Positions 1 to 9,756 are shown, counted from the first letter of the stretch. The stretch: DNA of 64,000 bases from Patescibacteria group bacterium (GCA_041662665.1 JBAZSC010000002.1:5735-69734); one strand, 5' to 3'. Notes: a model not told the origin generated them from the sequence alone. Numbers and translations: made by a program.

Positions 1-605
1 TTCAAAGATACGCCAGGCGTAATCACAAAGACATTGGCATGACGCTGATTTTCCGCTGGATCATACTCGCGAGTTACAATTGCAATTCGCAGATTGTCTG
101 TCGCAAGCGCCTTCTGGCAGATATCACGAATCGCAACAGTCTTGCCAGTTCCTGTACCTGCAACAACTCCAAATCCGCTGTTTGCCAGATCAGAAATTGC
201 AGCATCCATCTCGAGAGCTCTCACTTTTTCAAGCAATGTCAAAGGCAATTCTTCTGCTTCCAGAACAGTTGCAATGTTCACACAAGTACTTCTCGTCGGC
301 GCAATCACAACAACTCTCTGATAAAGCGCGTTAGATCTGAAGATAGCCGACCTAGCAGATCTTCTAACAATGACAATTTCATCTTCGTCATCGTCAACAA
401 CTACTGGCCGAACTGCAACTGGAACTGAAGCTTTTGAAACTGTACGACGAACTACAGCCGATCTTGCCGCAATCCTAACTGGAACTGGTCCATCATCATC
501 GTCATCATCATCGTCAGCAATTACAATACCTGTGCGTGAAGTTGGATTTGTAGGACTGGACTTTACTGCACTTGTATTCCTTGCTGGAAATCGAGAATTG
601 TTCAT
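1..605 (-). CDS. P-loop NTPase / SF2 helicase-like protein; gene runs off the window start (C-terminus missing). The N-terminus is disordered, with poly-Asp tracts.
   Basis: The minus-strand frame is open from the ATG at 605 to position 1. This is why it is absent from the ORF track. It has a Walker A motif 'VVAGTGTGKT', followed by a 'VTRE' element and a motif-Ib-like 'ITPGV'. An SD 'GAGGAGG' lies 6 nt upstream. The region is GC-rich compared with the rest of the window. Confidence 0.5.
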   Translation of the reverse strand, partial: MNNSRFPARNTSAVKSSPTNPTSRTGIVIADDDDDDDDGPVPVRIAARSAVVRRTVSKASVPVAVRPVVVDDDEDEIVIVRRSARSAIFRSNALYQRVVVIAPTRSTCVNIATVLEAEELPLTLLEKVRALEMDAAISDLANSGFGVVAGTGTGKTVAIRDICQKALATDNLRIAIVTREYDPAENQRHANVFVITPGVSL

Positions 606-886
606 CCTATCCTCCTCAAAGAAGCAGTGCAGAAAGATATTCAATGCACTGCTGGGTGTCTCTTTAGAAACCGGAAATAAAAATTAATAAATTAATCCTT
701 CTTGCCGGTTTCTAATCAAAATTATAAAGAACATAAAAAAAACAGATAAGACAATATTTAAAATAATTCAAATATTAACTTATCAGTTCAAAATTTTGAT
801 GCATTAATTTAATGCTTTGCTTACCTTAAAACCAACCTAAAATAATAGCATAATAATATTAAATTGTCAACGTTTTTAAATTTATT

Positions 887-2503
887 TTATTTCAAATCAA
901 TTCTCTGAATCTTTGCAATTACACAACAAATTTTTTCATAACTCACACTCTCCGGCAATTGATCTTTAATTGGCCTTAATCTTTGATAATCGGAAGCTTT
1001 AGCCATTGCCTGCAAAATCTGCTGTTCTTCCTGTTTTGTAATAAATTTTTCAATTTCCAAATCACCGCCACTTTTATACCATTTGATCAAATGATTAAAA
1101 ATAGTTCTTACTCCCAAAGATCTGATTTTAGCAATTTGTTCTAAAGTATGTTTTTGCTGATATAACTTAATAGTCTGTAAAACTGTATCAGAACCTGAAT
1201 GTTTAGAATTTTTGTCTTGTAAAACATCCATATCCAAATTCGCCAAAGTATTTTGCCATTTAAAATTAAAACACACATCACAGCCTTGGCAATTATTATT
1301 AATTTTATTTAAATCTAAATCTGCAAAATACTCTAAAATCATTTTTCTCCGACATTTATTATTCTCGACATATTCCACCATCTTTTCCAATTGGCGATAT
1401 TTAACATCTATGACCTGACTAATTTCCGCATAGTTCTTTCCTAATCTCTGCATTTCCTCTTTATCCTTTTGAATAAAATAATTATGCAAACCGACATCTT
1501 TTTTGCTATGCAATAAAATACAATAAGCATTTTCAGAATCGCGTCCAGCTCTGCCTGCTTCTTGATAATATCCTTCCAAACTTGCTGGCATTCCCATATG
1601 AATTACAAATCTGACATCTGCTTTATCAACTCCCATGCCAAAAGCAATCGTTGCTACAATCACTTTAAATTTATTTTCCATAAAATCGTTTTGCATCTGC
1701 GATCTTTGCAAAGGTTGCATTCCTGCATGATAAAACGTCGCCTTAATATTATTTTCACACAAAAAAGCAGCTGTCTCTTCTGCTTCTTTTCGAGTCAAAG
1801 TATAAACAATTCCACTGCCTTGCAAAGATTTTACAATCCTCAAAACTTCATTAGGTCTTTGACCTGCTTTTAAATTAGCTTGAACAAAAAATTTCAAATT
1901 CTGCCGATTAAATCCAGCTGTAAAAATTTTTGGATCCTGCAATTCTAATCTTTTGATAATATCTTGCTTAACTTCTGGCGTAGCTGTCGCTGTAAATGCT
2001 CCCACAATTGGCCTATTTTTTAATTCTTTAATGCAATTTTTAATCAGCATATAATCCGGCCGAAAATCATGACCCCAAGCTGAAACACAATGCGCTTCAT
2101 CAATTGCTAATAGAAAAATATCTAATGTTTTCAAAAATTCAATAAAATTTTTCTGACTTAATCTTTCTGGAGCAATATATAAAATTTTTATCTTTTTCAT
2201 TTTAATCTCTGCCATCCTCGCTTCAATCTCTTCAAAACTCAAAGAGCTGTTAATAAAAACCGCCTCAATTCCTCTAGCTTTCAGTGCATCAACTTGGTCT
2301 TTCATCAACGCAATCAATGGCGAAATAATTACAGTTAATTTATCGCTCAAAATCGCTGGCAATTGATAACATAAAGATTTACCACCGCCTGTTGGCATCA
2401 ATGCCAAAACATCTTTGCGAGCCAAAATGCTTTCGACAATTTCTTTCTGCCCTTGCCGAAAGTTTGAAAAATTAAAATATTTTTCTAAATATTGTTCTAA
2501 CAT
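887..2503 (-). CDS. recQ: RecQ-family ATP-dependent DNA helicase
   Basis: Motif I 'MPTGGGKSLCYQLPA'. A DEAH box ('IDEAHCVS') and helicase C-terminal motifs are present. The C-terminus has a Cys-rich RQC-like region and an HRDC-like tail. Confidence 0.85.
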   Translation of the reverse strand: MLEQYLEKYFNFSNFRQGQKEIVESILARKDVLALMPTGGGKSLCYQLPAILSDKLTVIISPLIALMKDQVDALKARGIEAVFINSSLSFEEIEARMAEIKMKKIKILYIAPERLSQKNFIEFLKTLDIFLLAIDEAHCVSAWGHDFRPDYMLIKNCIKELKNRPIVGAFTATATPEVKQDIIKRLELQDPKIFTAGFNRQNLKFFVQANLKAGQRPNEVLRIVKSLQGSGIVYTLTRKEAEETAAFLCENNIKATFYHAGMQPLQRSQMQNDFMENKFKVIVATIAFGMGVDKADVRFVIHMGMPASLEGYYQEAGRAGRDSENAYCILLHSKKDVGLHNYFIQKDKEEMQRLGKNYAEISQVIDVKYRQLEKMVEYVENNKCRRKMILEYFADLDLNKINNNCQGCDVCFNFKWQNTLANLDMDVLQDKNSKHSGSDTVLQTIKLYQQKHTLEQIAKIRSLGVRTIFNHLIKWYKSGGDLEIEKFITKQEEQQILQAMAKASDYQRLRPIKDQLPESVSYEKICCVIAKIQRIDLK

Positions 2504-2553
2504 ATCTAAAAAATTATGCCTAAAAAATTAATTATTTTAAAATTATTTGCAAT

Positions 2554-3129
2554 TTATAACTCATTTAATAATCTTGCTAATTCAATATCTTTTTTATCAA
2601 TACTTTTTAAAATCTGCTCAACTTCTAAACCCATCTCCTCTAAATTACCTTTTTGTTCGATTTTGCTATGCTTTAATTTATTCTCCACAATATCCAAAGC
2701 CATATTCAAAAAATCCATTCTTTGCTGCAATAATTTGGTATCTCTTGTCTCCCAATATTCTCCTTCATCTTCAACATCCATCTTTATTAAATAATTCTTT
2801 TTTAAATAATCTAGCAATTTTATTACAATTAAATGCGTTTTAACTCCAGCGAATTGTGTCTTAATAAAACTGCCAAACTCTGGTTTGCCAACTAAATTTT
2901 CTTTATAAATCACAGAACCAGGATCAACAATATAGCCATCTTGATTAAAAATAATAGAAAAACTTTCTGCTCGCGGATGCAGTTCCAATACAATTCCCTG
3001 ATAACCATTTTCATTTATTAAAAAATATTGCCAATTTTTCTTTTTACTCAGAAAAATTAACTTTTTTTGCAAATCAGGAATTAATTTTTTGTCTTTTATT
3101 TTACCAGAATAATAGATAGTCAAACCCAT
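2554..3129 (-). CDS. hypothetical protein
   Basis: Long ORF with AT-rich codon usage like its neighbours. No recognisable motif. Confidence 0.5.
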   Translation of the reverse strand: MGLTIYYSGKIKDKKLIPDLQKKLIFLSKKKNWQYFLINENGYQGIVLELHPRAESFSIIFNQDGYIVDPGSVIYKENLVGKPEFGSFIKTQFAGVKTHLIVIKLLDYLKKNYLIKMDVEDEGEYWETRDTKLLQQRMDFLNMALDIVENKLKHSKIEQKGNLEEMGLEVEQILKSIDKKDIELARLLNEL

Positions 3130-3169
3130 AAAAATATTTTAAACCCAATCTTCTTTATAATATGTATGA

Positions 3170-3460
3170 TTATTTTTTATTTTTCTCAACTATTTTTTTA
3201 TAGAAATTAACATTATATTTTTTTCCATCCTCAGCAGTATGCTGGAATTTCCGGCATGCTGACTTTTCCGCTAATTCTCCTTCTTTAAACACATTTCCTA
3301 TATGTTCAGTAATAGTTTTTCTGTTTTTATCAAAAAGCTCCGACATTTGTTTCTGGGTAAGCCAAACTGTCTCGTCTTTCATTTGGACTTCAACTTTTGT
3401 CTGCCCGTCTTCAGCGTTGTAAATAATGATTTGATTATTTTTTTCTGTCTGATTTTTCAT
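3170..3460 (-). CDS. RhuM/Fic-associated N-terminal domain-like small protein (short form)
   Basis: 'IIIYNAEDGQTKVEVQMKDETVWLTQKQMSELF...ITEHIGNVFKEGEL' resembles the conserved N-terminal domain of RhuM-family proteins. Only ~96 aa are present. Confidence 0.5.
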   Translation of the reverse strand: MKNQTEKNNQIIIYNAEDGQTKVEVQMKDETVWLTQKQMSELFDKNRKTITEHIGNVFKEGELAEKSACRKFQHTAEDGKKYNVNFYKKIVEKNKK

Positions 3461-3475
3461 ATTAATTAATTTTTT

Positions 3476-3955
3476 TTAATTCAACCTCCAAACCGCAAAA
3501 TTCAATATTGTAGCAAAAGAAACCCACAGTAAATATGGAATCAAAATCAAACCTGCTTTTTTATCAATTTTATAAAATAAATAGATATTATAAACAATCA
3601 ACAGCCACATAATCACAATATCAATTAAGCCTAAAATTGGACTTCGCAAACCAAAAAACAAAACAGACCAAATTGCATTTATTACTAATTGAATTATAAA
3701 AATATAAAAAGCGAATAAAACATTTTTATTTTTCAATCCCTTTTGCCAGATCCAATACAATGCAATTGCCATCAAAAAATAAAGTAAAGTCCAAGCTGGC
3801 CCAAATAACCAATTTGGCGGACTAAAAAATGGCTTGTTCAAATTAACATACCAATCCTTAATTGCTGAAATTGTAAAAAAACTTCCAATTATTCCAGCGC
3901 CTTCGCAGATAATTAATGCAATGATAAAACGAAAAATGTTTGGTTTTTGTTTCAT
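3476..3955 (-). CDS. tspO: TspO/MBR family tryptophan-rich sensory protein
   Basis: Five TM helices. TspO signature 'WYVNLNKPFFSPPNWLFGPAWTLLYFLMAIALYWIW'. Confidence 0.8.
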   Translation of the reverse strand: MKQKPNIFRFIIALIICEGAGIIGSFFTISAIKDWYVNLNKPFFSPPNWLFGPAWTLLYFLMAIALYWIWQKGLKNKNVLFAFYIFIIQLVINAIWSVLFFGLRSPILGLIDIVIMWLLIVYNIYLFYKIDKKAGLILIPYLLWVSFATILNFAVWRLN

Positions 3956-3974
3956 AGGTTTTGTTTTAATTTAT

Positions 3975-4559
3975 TTATAAATTATTTTTTTTAATTATAT
4001 CTTCAGTCTCTTCCATTGCAATTTCAAGCCAAATCAAAATATATTGCCGTAGATGATCACCAGGAAATACATCACCCCTCCGAATATGCTTAAGTCCGCC
4101 ATTCGTTACAACTGTAAGCAATAATTTACTATTAAATTTAGTCGCTTTTCTTTTTCGCTTTTCATAAATATTTCTGTATTCTTCACAACGCATCTTTATT
4201 AATCCACTCCACATATCCACAAATCCTTGCTGAATTCCAATTTCCAACAAAAAATTTATAAACTTTTCTTCAACATCAGTCCTCAATTTTAATAACGTAT
4301 CCTTTTTATTAGATACAGCAAAATTAGATTTTTGTTCTAGCAACAAGATAACTAATGCCAAAACCGTCACCTGCAATTCATTAAATATTCTATCTTGCTC
4401 GACTCTATCAATATTTGAAAAATCAACCAATTCTCTTACCCTTTTATCTTTATAGACATGAAATGCAGAACCGCTAACCAGTTCAACAATCTCCTGCGCA
4501 ATTTTTTCATTGGACGAAAAGTTCAAAAAACTAAAATTCAACAAATTTTTTACTTTCAT
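3975..4559 (-). CDS. hypothetical protein
   Basis: 194-aa ORF with no recognisable motif. Confidence 0.45.
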   Translation of the reverse strand: MKVKNLLNFSFLNFSSNEKIAQEIVELVSGSAFHVYKDKRVRELVDFSNIDRVEQDRIFNELQVTVLALVILLLEQKSNFAVSNKKDTLLKLRTDVEEKFINFLLEIGIQQGFVDMWSGLIKMRCEEYRNIYEKRKRKATKFNSKLLLTVVTNGGLKHIRRGDVFPGDHLRQYILIWLEIAMEETEDIIKKNNL

Positions 4560-4575
4560 TTTATTAAATTAATTT

Positions 4576-4758
4576 TCATCTTTTTTCCTCTTCTTCATCA
4601 AACATTTCTCCACGAACCAAAGATCCTTGCTCTTTAGCTTGTTTAAAAGCTTCTTTCAATTCTCCCATTTCTAATTCTCTTCCTTCTTCCTGTGCCTTTT
4701 TTGCAACTTGGCAAATTGGACAATCATCAAAAAATTCTTGGTTATGTTCATGTGACAT
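4576..4758 (-). CDS. small acidic hypothetical protein (CPIC motif)
   Basis: 60-aa ORF with no obvious SD. Retained because it lies in an otherwise gene-dense minus-strand block. Confidence 0.3.
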   Translation of the reverse strand: MSHEHNQEFFDDCPICQVAKKAQEEGRELEMGELKEAFKQAKEQGSLVRGEMFDEEEEKR

Positions 4759-4847
4759 AATTTTTTATTTTAATGAATTAATAATTTTATTATACTAAAT
4801 TATTTTAACAAAAAAAATCCCCATTACAGAGGATTTCAAAGAACATT

Positions 4848-5585
4848 TTATTCACTTGAAAAAGGAGTGCAATTCGATCTAAGATTTACAATCTTTTCCA
4901 CTAAATCTTTTTTATCAATATCTGTTTTTCTTTTATCATCAGCCCAAATAAAAACAACCCACCGATCAATTTTATCATATCCACTAGCAGAAACTAATGA
5001 CCTAAATTCCATTCTGTATTTTTTCTGATCTAAATAAACTTCAAAAGAAACTGTACAAAAATGATTTTTTCCTCTGCAAACAACTTCAACATGTTTATTA
5101 TAATAGGCAAAACATCTATAGCGCACTAAAGAAAGTTCTGACCTCACAAAATTTCTTGTATCTTCATTTACCTCTTTATCTTTATCCAACATCACTCTAA
5201 TCCAATTTATTTTTATTTTTCGTTTCAAAACTTTTTTGTCGGAAACAATTTCATCATTTGTTTCTATCACTCTAAACTTATTGCGTTCTACATAAGGTAC
5301 GCTTAGCAATGAAGGATTAATATGTTCAGTTTCATCTTCAGTCTTTCGATAATTTGTTTTTTCAACAATGACAACTTCTTTTTCCGACCAATTAATCCCT
5401 AATCCAAGAATTAGAAATATGATTGTTAAAATAACAAAGCTTAAAAATTCTATTCTTTTTCTCATCCATAAAAAAACAAACCTATCTTTAATTTGCGCTT
5501 TCTTGCCTTTTATTAATTCCGCCATAATAGGCCTAAAACTATTTACAACAACTTTAACAAAGCTAATTTGCCTATTTAACCACAT
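4848..5585 (-). CDS. hypothetical membrane-anchored protein
   Basis: Hydrophobic N-terminal segment 'FLSFVILTIIFLILGLGI'. Internal Met starts are possible. Confidence 0.45.
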   Translation of the reverse strand: MWLNRQISFVKVVVNSFRPIMAELIKGKKAQIKDRFVFLWMRKRIEFLSFVILTIIFLILGLGINWSEKEVVIVEKTNYRKTEDETEHINPSLLSVPYVERNKFRVIETNDEIVSDKKVLKRKIKINWIRVMLDKDKEVNEDTRNFVRSELSLVRYRCFAYYNKHVEVVCRGKNHFCTVSFEVYLDQKKYRMEFRSLVSASGYDKIDRWVVFIWADDKRKTDIDKKDLVEKIVNLRSNCTPFSSE

Positions 5586-5778
5586 CTTGTCCCTCCTTTT
5601 TCAAAGAACGATATTTATATTTAAAAAAATTTGAAATTTATATTTATTATAATTTTATTTAACAACAAAATCAACGAAAGCGAAACGAAAATTCGAAAAA
5701 AGTATTCGCTTATATTCGCAAAAGCATTAGAGTGAGGCCAAAAAAAAGAAGCCATAACAGCTTCAATACAAAGAACGC

Positions 5779-5973
5779 TTAACCTCTGATTTTCAAAAAA
5801 TATTCCATCTTATCTCTTGGCCTCATGCGAGTTGGACGAAACTTTCGTTGAGTTTTTGATTCAAACGGAACATCATTTCGTCTTTCTTTCATCAAGCAAA
5901 CATCGGAATTTTCTGAAATCGGCTCAAGAATATGAAAGAAAAAAATCAACAAAACATCATCTGCGCTCAACAT
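5779..5973 (-). CDS. small protein, third gene of the GC-rich CDCQ cassette
   Basis: SD 'GAGGAGG' lies 7 nt upstream of the ATG at 5973. It overlaps the upstream gene's stop by 7 nt. It contains an 'SENSDVCLM' segment. Confidence 0.5.
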   Translation of the reverse strand: MLSADDVLLIFFFHILEPISENSDVCLMKERRNDVPFESKTQRKFRPTRMRPRDKMEYFLKIRG

Positions 5974-6335
5974 TTTTGTACCTCCTCTCTTGTTCTCTCT
6001 GGCACAATCAAATACTCATGTCTTAATCTCTTTCCCAAAAATAATGCATAAAAATCGCCATCAATATCAGCTAACCTGTTATCAGAAGATACAACATAAT
6101 TCCAATTCTGCGCGCAAGTCAGATCCTGAAAAGGATTAAACTTGCTCACAACTTGGCAATCACATTCAATCTTCAATACTCTAAAAAACACAATCAATCT
6201 TCCAATGTTGATTCTTCTCACACTATTTGAATCCAAATTGTTGGTTTCAACTATGGCACGAGTTTGAGAAAAATCATGTCCATTTTGACAACAATCCCGA
6301 GTACACAATTGCTGAAAAAATACCTCCACTTTCAT
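5967..6335 (-). CDS. small Cys-rich protein with an 'ECDCQVV' motif; paralog of 6337-6684
   Basis: A perfect SD 'AAGGAGG' lies 6 nt upstream of the ATG at 6335, inside the end of the preceding gene. The start is 1 nt after the upstream stop. GC-rich. Confidence 0.6.
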   Translation of the reverse strand: MKVEVFFQQLCTRDCCQNGHDFSQTRAIVETNNLDSNSVRRINIGRLIVFFRVLKIECDCQVVSKFNPFQDLTCAQNWNYVVSSDNRLADIDGDFYALFLGKRLRHEYLIVPERTREEVQKC

Positions 6336-6336
6336 C

Positions 6337-6684
6337 TCAAGCCTCCTTTGAACCCAATCTCAACAAAAAAGGAAAGCTATTAGGAGCAAATTCTTTTGGA
6401 AATTCATCTTCTCTTCGAAACCAAACCACAAATCCCCTTCCATTAATTCTCCTTGAAACACCTTGCGTGCACAATTTCCATTGTTCAGACAAATATTCAT
6501 TTTCCAAACTCAAACAGATAATTTGACAATCACATCTCACTCCAATTTCCATCAAAAATTCAATCACCCTATTGGTCATCAAAGAATGTTCCAATGCAAT
6601 CTCTCTAGCCAGAACTAACCCATGCTTGCCATTATGACAATATTTGCCTCTAGAAACCAGCTCAACGAATTCTCCGAACTCCAT
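6337..6684 (-). CDS. small Cys-rich protein with an 'RCDCQII' motif; first gene of the cassette
   Basis: The track ORF is 6337..6762. The start at 6684 (MEFGEF) is preferred because it has the SD 'GGAGGGAAAGGAA'. The leader is conserved with that of the 62265 gene. Confidence 0.55.
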   Translation of the reverse strand: MEFGEFVELVSRGKYCHNGKHGLVLAREIALEHSLMTNRVIEFLMEIGVRCDCQIICLSLENEYLSEQWKLCTQGVSRRINGRGFVVWFRREDEFPKEFAPNSFPFLLRLGSKEA

Positions 6685-6923
6685 TTCCTTTCCCTCCATT
6701 GCCCGCCGTAGCTTCAGCGAAGGTGGGCAAGCCGCCATATCCTTGGCGGACTTTCTGTCCATCGCGCTATTTTAAGAACAAAAAAATGACATCAAATGTC
6801 AAAGAACATATCGATAGTATATCTTAATTAAATATTTTGTCAAGAAAAGAATCCACAAAATAAAGCTGAATTTTTCTTATCATATCTTAAAAAATAAAAA
6901 GGAACTATAAAATAGTTCCAAAA

Positions 6924-7310
6924 TTAGTGCGACCAATGTTCTTCAAAAGGACCAGTTGCTCGTAAATCGCCATGCGAATTATATTGAGCTCCTCTCAAAC
7001 CAAGCAAAGCACGTGCCATAGCCAATCTTTGTTCACGTTCCAATAATTCTTTCTCAAATACTACCGCAACTACTCCTCCATGCTTCATCACATATTCACG
7101 CTCCAACTGCAATTCTTTCTTCAACTCCAATATTTTTTCACGAGGAAAATTTGCATTATCAATTTCCTCTTCGCTAAAAAAAACAAAGATAATCATTCCA
7201 TCCTTAACACTTTGACACCAACGTTCCTCCCACCACTTTATTACTTTTTCTCTCATTTCCATAGGCCATTCTGCTTTCTCAAAATCTTCACGATTCTTGA
7301 TTTCTATCAT
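6924..7310 (-). CDS. hypothetical protein
   Basis: 128-aa ORF rich in charged helical sequence. The leader contains hairpins. Confidence 0.45.
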   Translation of the reverse strand: MIEIKNREDFEKAEWPMEMREKVIKWWEERWCQSVKDGMIIFVFFSEEEIDNANFPREKILELKKELQLEREYVMKHGGVVAVVFEKELLEREQRLAMARALLGLRGAQYNSHGDLRATGPFEEHWSH

Positions 7311-7359
7311 CTCTCTTCCTCCTTCGCAGGCAATTCGCCTGCTTTTTCTACCGCACTAA

Positions 7360-7398
7360 AATAAAAAGAGCTCTCTTGTACAAAACAGGAGAGCTCAT
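7360..7398 (-). terminator. Rho-independent terminator downstream of the TrpR-like gene
   Basis: An inverted repeat (gagctctcttg/caggagagctc) is followed by a T-run on the minus strand. Confidence 0.5.
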
Positions 7399-7418
7399 TA
7401 TTTTTATAAATACCAAAC

Positions 7419-7742
7419 TCACCTCTTTTGCACAGAAAGTAAAGTTTGATGATGATTCTTTTTATTTAATCTATCTAAAACTAATCTATAACCATTCATT
7501 CCATTATTTAACCATTTCGAAATTCTGGCAATTGTCCGAGAACTCAAACCAGTCTGTTTTACTATTTTTGTATAAGAAATTTTTCGATCTAACATTTGCA
7601 CTGCTTGCCAACGATTGCCAAATTCGATAATTTCAGCTTCTGTCAAAAGATCGCGCAAAAAACATTTTGCTTCTTTTTCATTTTTCAACATTAGCAAAGT
7701 TCGAATTAATTGACTGGTTTTCTTATTCTGCCATTTTAGCAT
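7419..7742 (-). CDS. TrpR/YerC/YecD-family DNA-binding protein
   Basis: 'LLTEAEIIEFGNRWQAVQML...YTKIVKQTGLSSRTIARISKWL' matches the Trp-repressor-like YerC family. Confidence 0.7.
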   Translation of the reverse strand: MLKWQNKKTSQLIRTLLMLKNEKEAKCFLRDLLTEAEIIEFGNRWQAVQMLDRKISYTKIVKQTGLSSRTIARISKWLNNGMNGYRLVLDRLNKKNHHQTLLSVQKR

Positions 7743-7867
7743 AAATATAATTTACTTTAGTAAAGTGATTTACTTAAATAAAGTATAGCAAAATAATAAT
7801 TGCTGTCAAGAGATTTTCAAATAAACAAAAAAGAGCCTTTCGACTCTTTTAATTTTAATTCAGATTA

Positions 7868-8347
7868 TTATATACCTTTTTCTTTTTCAGAATAAAGATA
7901 ATCATAATCTATTTTTTTATATTCAAACAATTCATCATTATTGAAAAATCTGAATACTTCTTTTTCGGCATTTTCAGGACTGTCAGATGCATGAACAATA
8001 TTGCTTGATCCAGATATGCATAAATCACCTCTTATACTGCCAGCATCAGCTTCATAACCTTTAGTTGGACCAACTAATAAACGAACAGCTGAAATCGCAT
8101 TATAGCCTTCCAAAACTGCTGCAACACAAGGCGCACTTTTCATAAAACCCTTTAAGTCATTAAAAAATGGTTTATCTTTATGATGCGCATAATGTTCATC
8201 CAATAATACATCGCTTAATTGCATCATTTTCAAAGCTGTAATTTTTAATCCTTTTTTTTCAAAACGAGAAATAACCTCGCCTAAAAGATTTCTCTGCAAA
8301 CCATCTGGCTTAATTATAACTAATGTTCTTTCAATTTTATCTGGCAT
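7868..8347 (-). CDS. ndk: nucleoside diphosphate kinase
   Basis: 'ERTLVIIKPDG...', 'NIVHASDS', 'REI..FF'. Confidence 0.85.
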   Translation of the reverse strand: MPDKIERTLVIIKPDGLQRNLLGEVISRFEKKGLKITALKMMQLSDVLLDEHYAHHKDKPFFNDLKGFMKSAPCVAAVLEGYNAISAVRLLVGPTKGYEADAGSIRGDLCISGSSNIVHASDSPENAEKEVFRFFNNDELFEYKKIDYDYLYSEKEKGI

Positions 8348-8451
8348 AATTTAAACAATTCAAAATTAAAAAATCAAAATTAAAAATAAATTTCTAATTC
8401 CTGAATTTCTAATTTCATAATTTATTAATTTTACTTATTTTACAAATTTTA

Positions 8452-9756
8452 CTAACTCTTGATTTTATCTCTCAACTTTTTCAATTTTTGAACAATCTTG
8501 AATTTCCCATCTTCCATAAAAAAATCTTTCAAATTTATTTCTTTATTCAATCCTCTATACAATCTTTTTCTCCATGAAGACTTATCATGAAATTTTATCG
8601 TTTCTAAATAAAGATTTAATAACTTTTGCGTCTGATTTTGAATCGAAAATTGTTTCGCAAATTCAACAGACTTTGTTGACATTTTAGCACGTAAATCAGA
8701 ATTTCGCAATAATTCTAGAACTTTTTGAGAATATAACTTTGAATCATCGTTAGAAATTTCATAACCATTTTCTGAATCTTTAACTACTGAAGTCAAACCT
8801 TCATCTTTCAACATTACAATTGGCAAACCAGATGCTGCTGCCTCTAATAAAACTAAGCTTTGAGTATCTGTCTTTGATGCAAAAACAAAAATCTCAGCAT
8901 CTGCAAAACATTTTGGTACTTCATCACGATTTGCAAATCCACCAAAAATAACTCTATCTTGTAAATTCTTTTTTTCAAATTCTTTTTTCAAATCTTCAAG
9001 ACTTGGCCCAGAACCAATAATTGCCAATATGCAATTATCATCTTCTTTTACTACTTTTTCAAACATTTTTACAAAAAACATTGGATTTTTTGGCTGAGCA
9101 ACTCTACCCAAATACATTATTATTTTTTTATCAGCAGGAATTTTAAATCTGCTTCGCAAATAATTTTTATCAACATTATTAAATTTGTCTAATTCAATTC
9201 CTGTCTGAATAACTGAAATATCATTCTTCACTCCATAGTCTTGCAACATTTTTTTTACTTTTTCCGAAGGCGAAATCAAAGCATCACATCTTTGGCTATA
9301 AAATACTGAGATGTCTTTTGCCAAACTCATAACAGCTTTATCCATACTATACCAATTCTTAAATAATGAATGACCAGTATATTTTTCGTAAAGTGTGTGA
9401 TAAGTATGAACAACTGGAATATTATAAAATAATGCCACAATACTCGCATACATTCCCATATAAAATGGAGTATGAGAATGGACTACATCAATTTTAAATT
9501 TATAAAAATCATGAAAAATCGGCGGTAAGTTTGGCAACGTCAAAGTAAATTCAGAAAACACATCCTGCTTCAAAGATTCAATTCGATAAATTCTTGGTCC
9601 ATCTTTTGGAATATTTCCATTTTCATCTTTCAATAATGGCGCAAAAATAAAAACTTGATGACCTTGTTTTTCAAGCTCATCTTTAAATAAATCTATTGAA
9701 TTTGCAACACCAGAAACATAAGGATGATAGGTGTCAGTAAAAAATGCTATGTTCAT
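8452..9756 (-). CDS. glycosyltransferase family 4
   Basis: GT4 N-terminal region 'MNIAFFTDTYHPYVSGVANSI' and the GT1/GT4 C-terminal region. Confidence 0.75.
   Translation of the reverse strand: MNIAFFTDTYHPYVSGVANSIDLFKDELEKQGHQVFIFAPLLKDENGNIPKDGPRIYRIESLKQDVFSEFTLTLPNLPPIFHDFYKFKIDVVHSHTPFYMGMYASIVALFYNIPVVHTYHTLYEKYTGHSLFKNWYSMDKAVMSLAKDISVFYSQRCDALISPSEKVKKMLQDYGVKNDISVIQTGIELDKFNNVDKNYLRSRFKIPADKKIIMYLGRVAQPKNPMFFVKMFEKVVKEDDNCILAIIGSGPSLEDLKKEFEKKNLQDRVIFGGFANRDEVPKCFADAEIFVFASKTDTQSLVLLEAAASGLPIVMLKDEGLTSVVKDSENGYEISNDDSKLYSQKVLELLRNSDLRAKMSTKSVEFAKQFSIQNQTQKLLNLYLETIKFHDKSSWRKRLYRGLNKEINLKDFFMEDGKFKIVQKLKKLRDKIKS

Noticed and set aside
6337-6762. The three small GC-rich ORFs being one frameshifted pseudogene.
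   Set aside because: Each downstream ORF has its own optimally spaced AGGAGG-type SD and an ATG. This is a pattern expected for coupled genes, not accidental frameshifts. Pseudogene status cannot be fully excluded without homologs.
5650-6780. The GC-rich patch as a structured ncRNA (RNase P, tmRNA or SRP RNA).
   Set aside because: No conserved ncRNA motifs were recognised. Instead, three ORFs with near-perfect, correctly spaced SD sequences and coupling overlaps explain the region.
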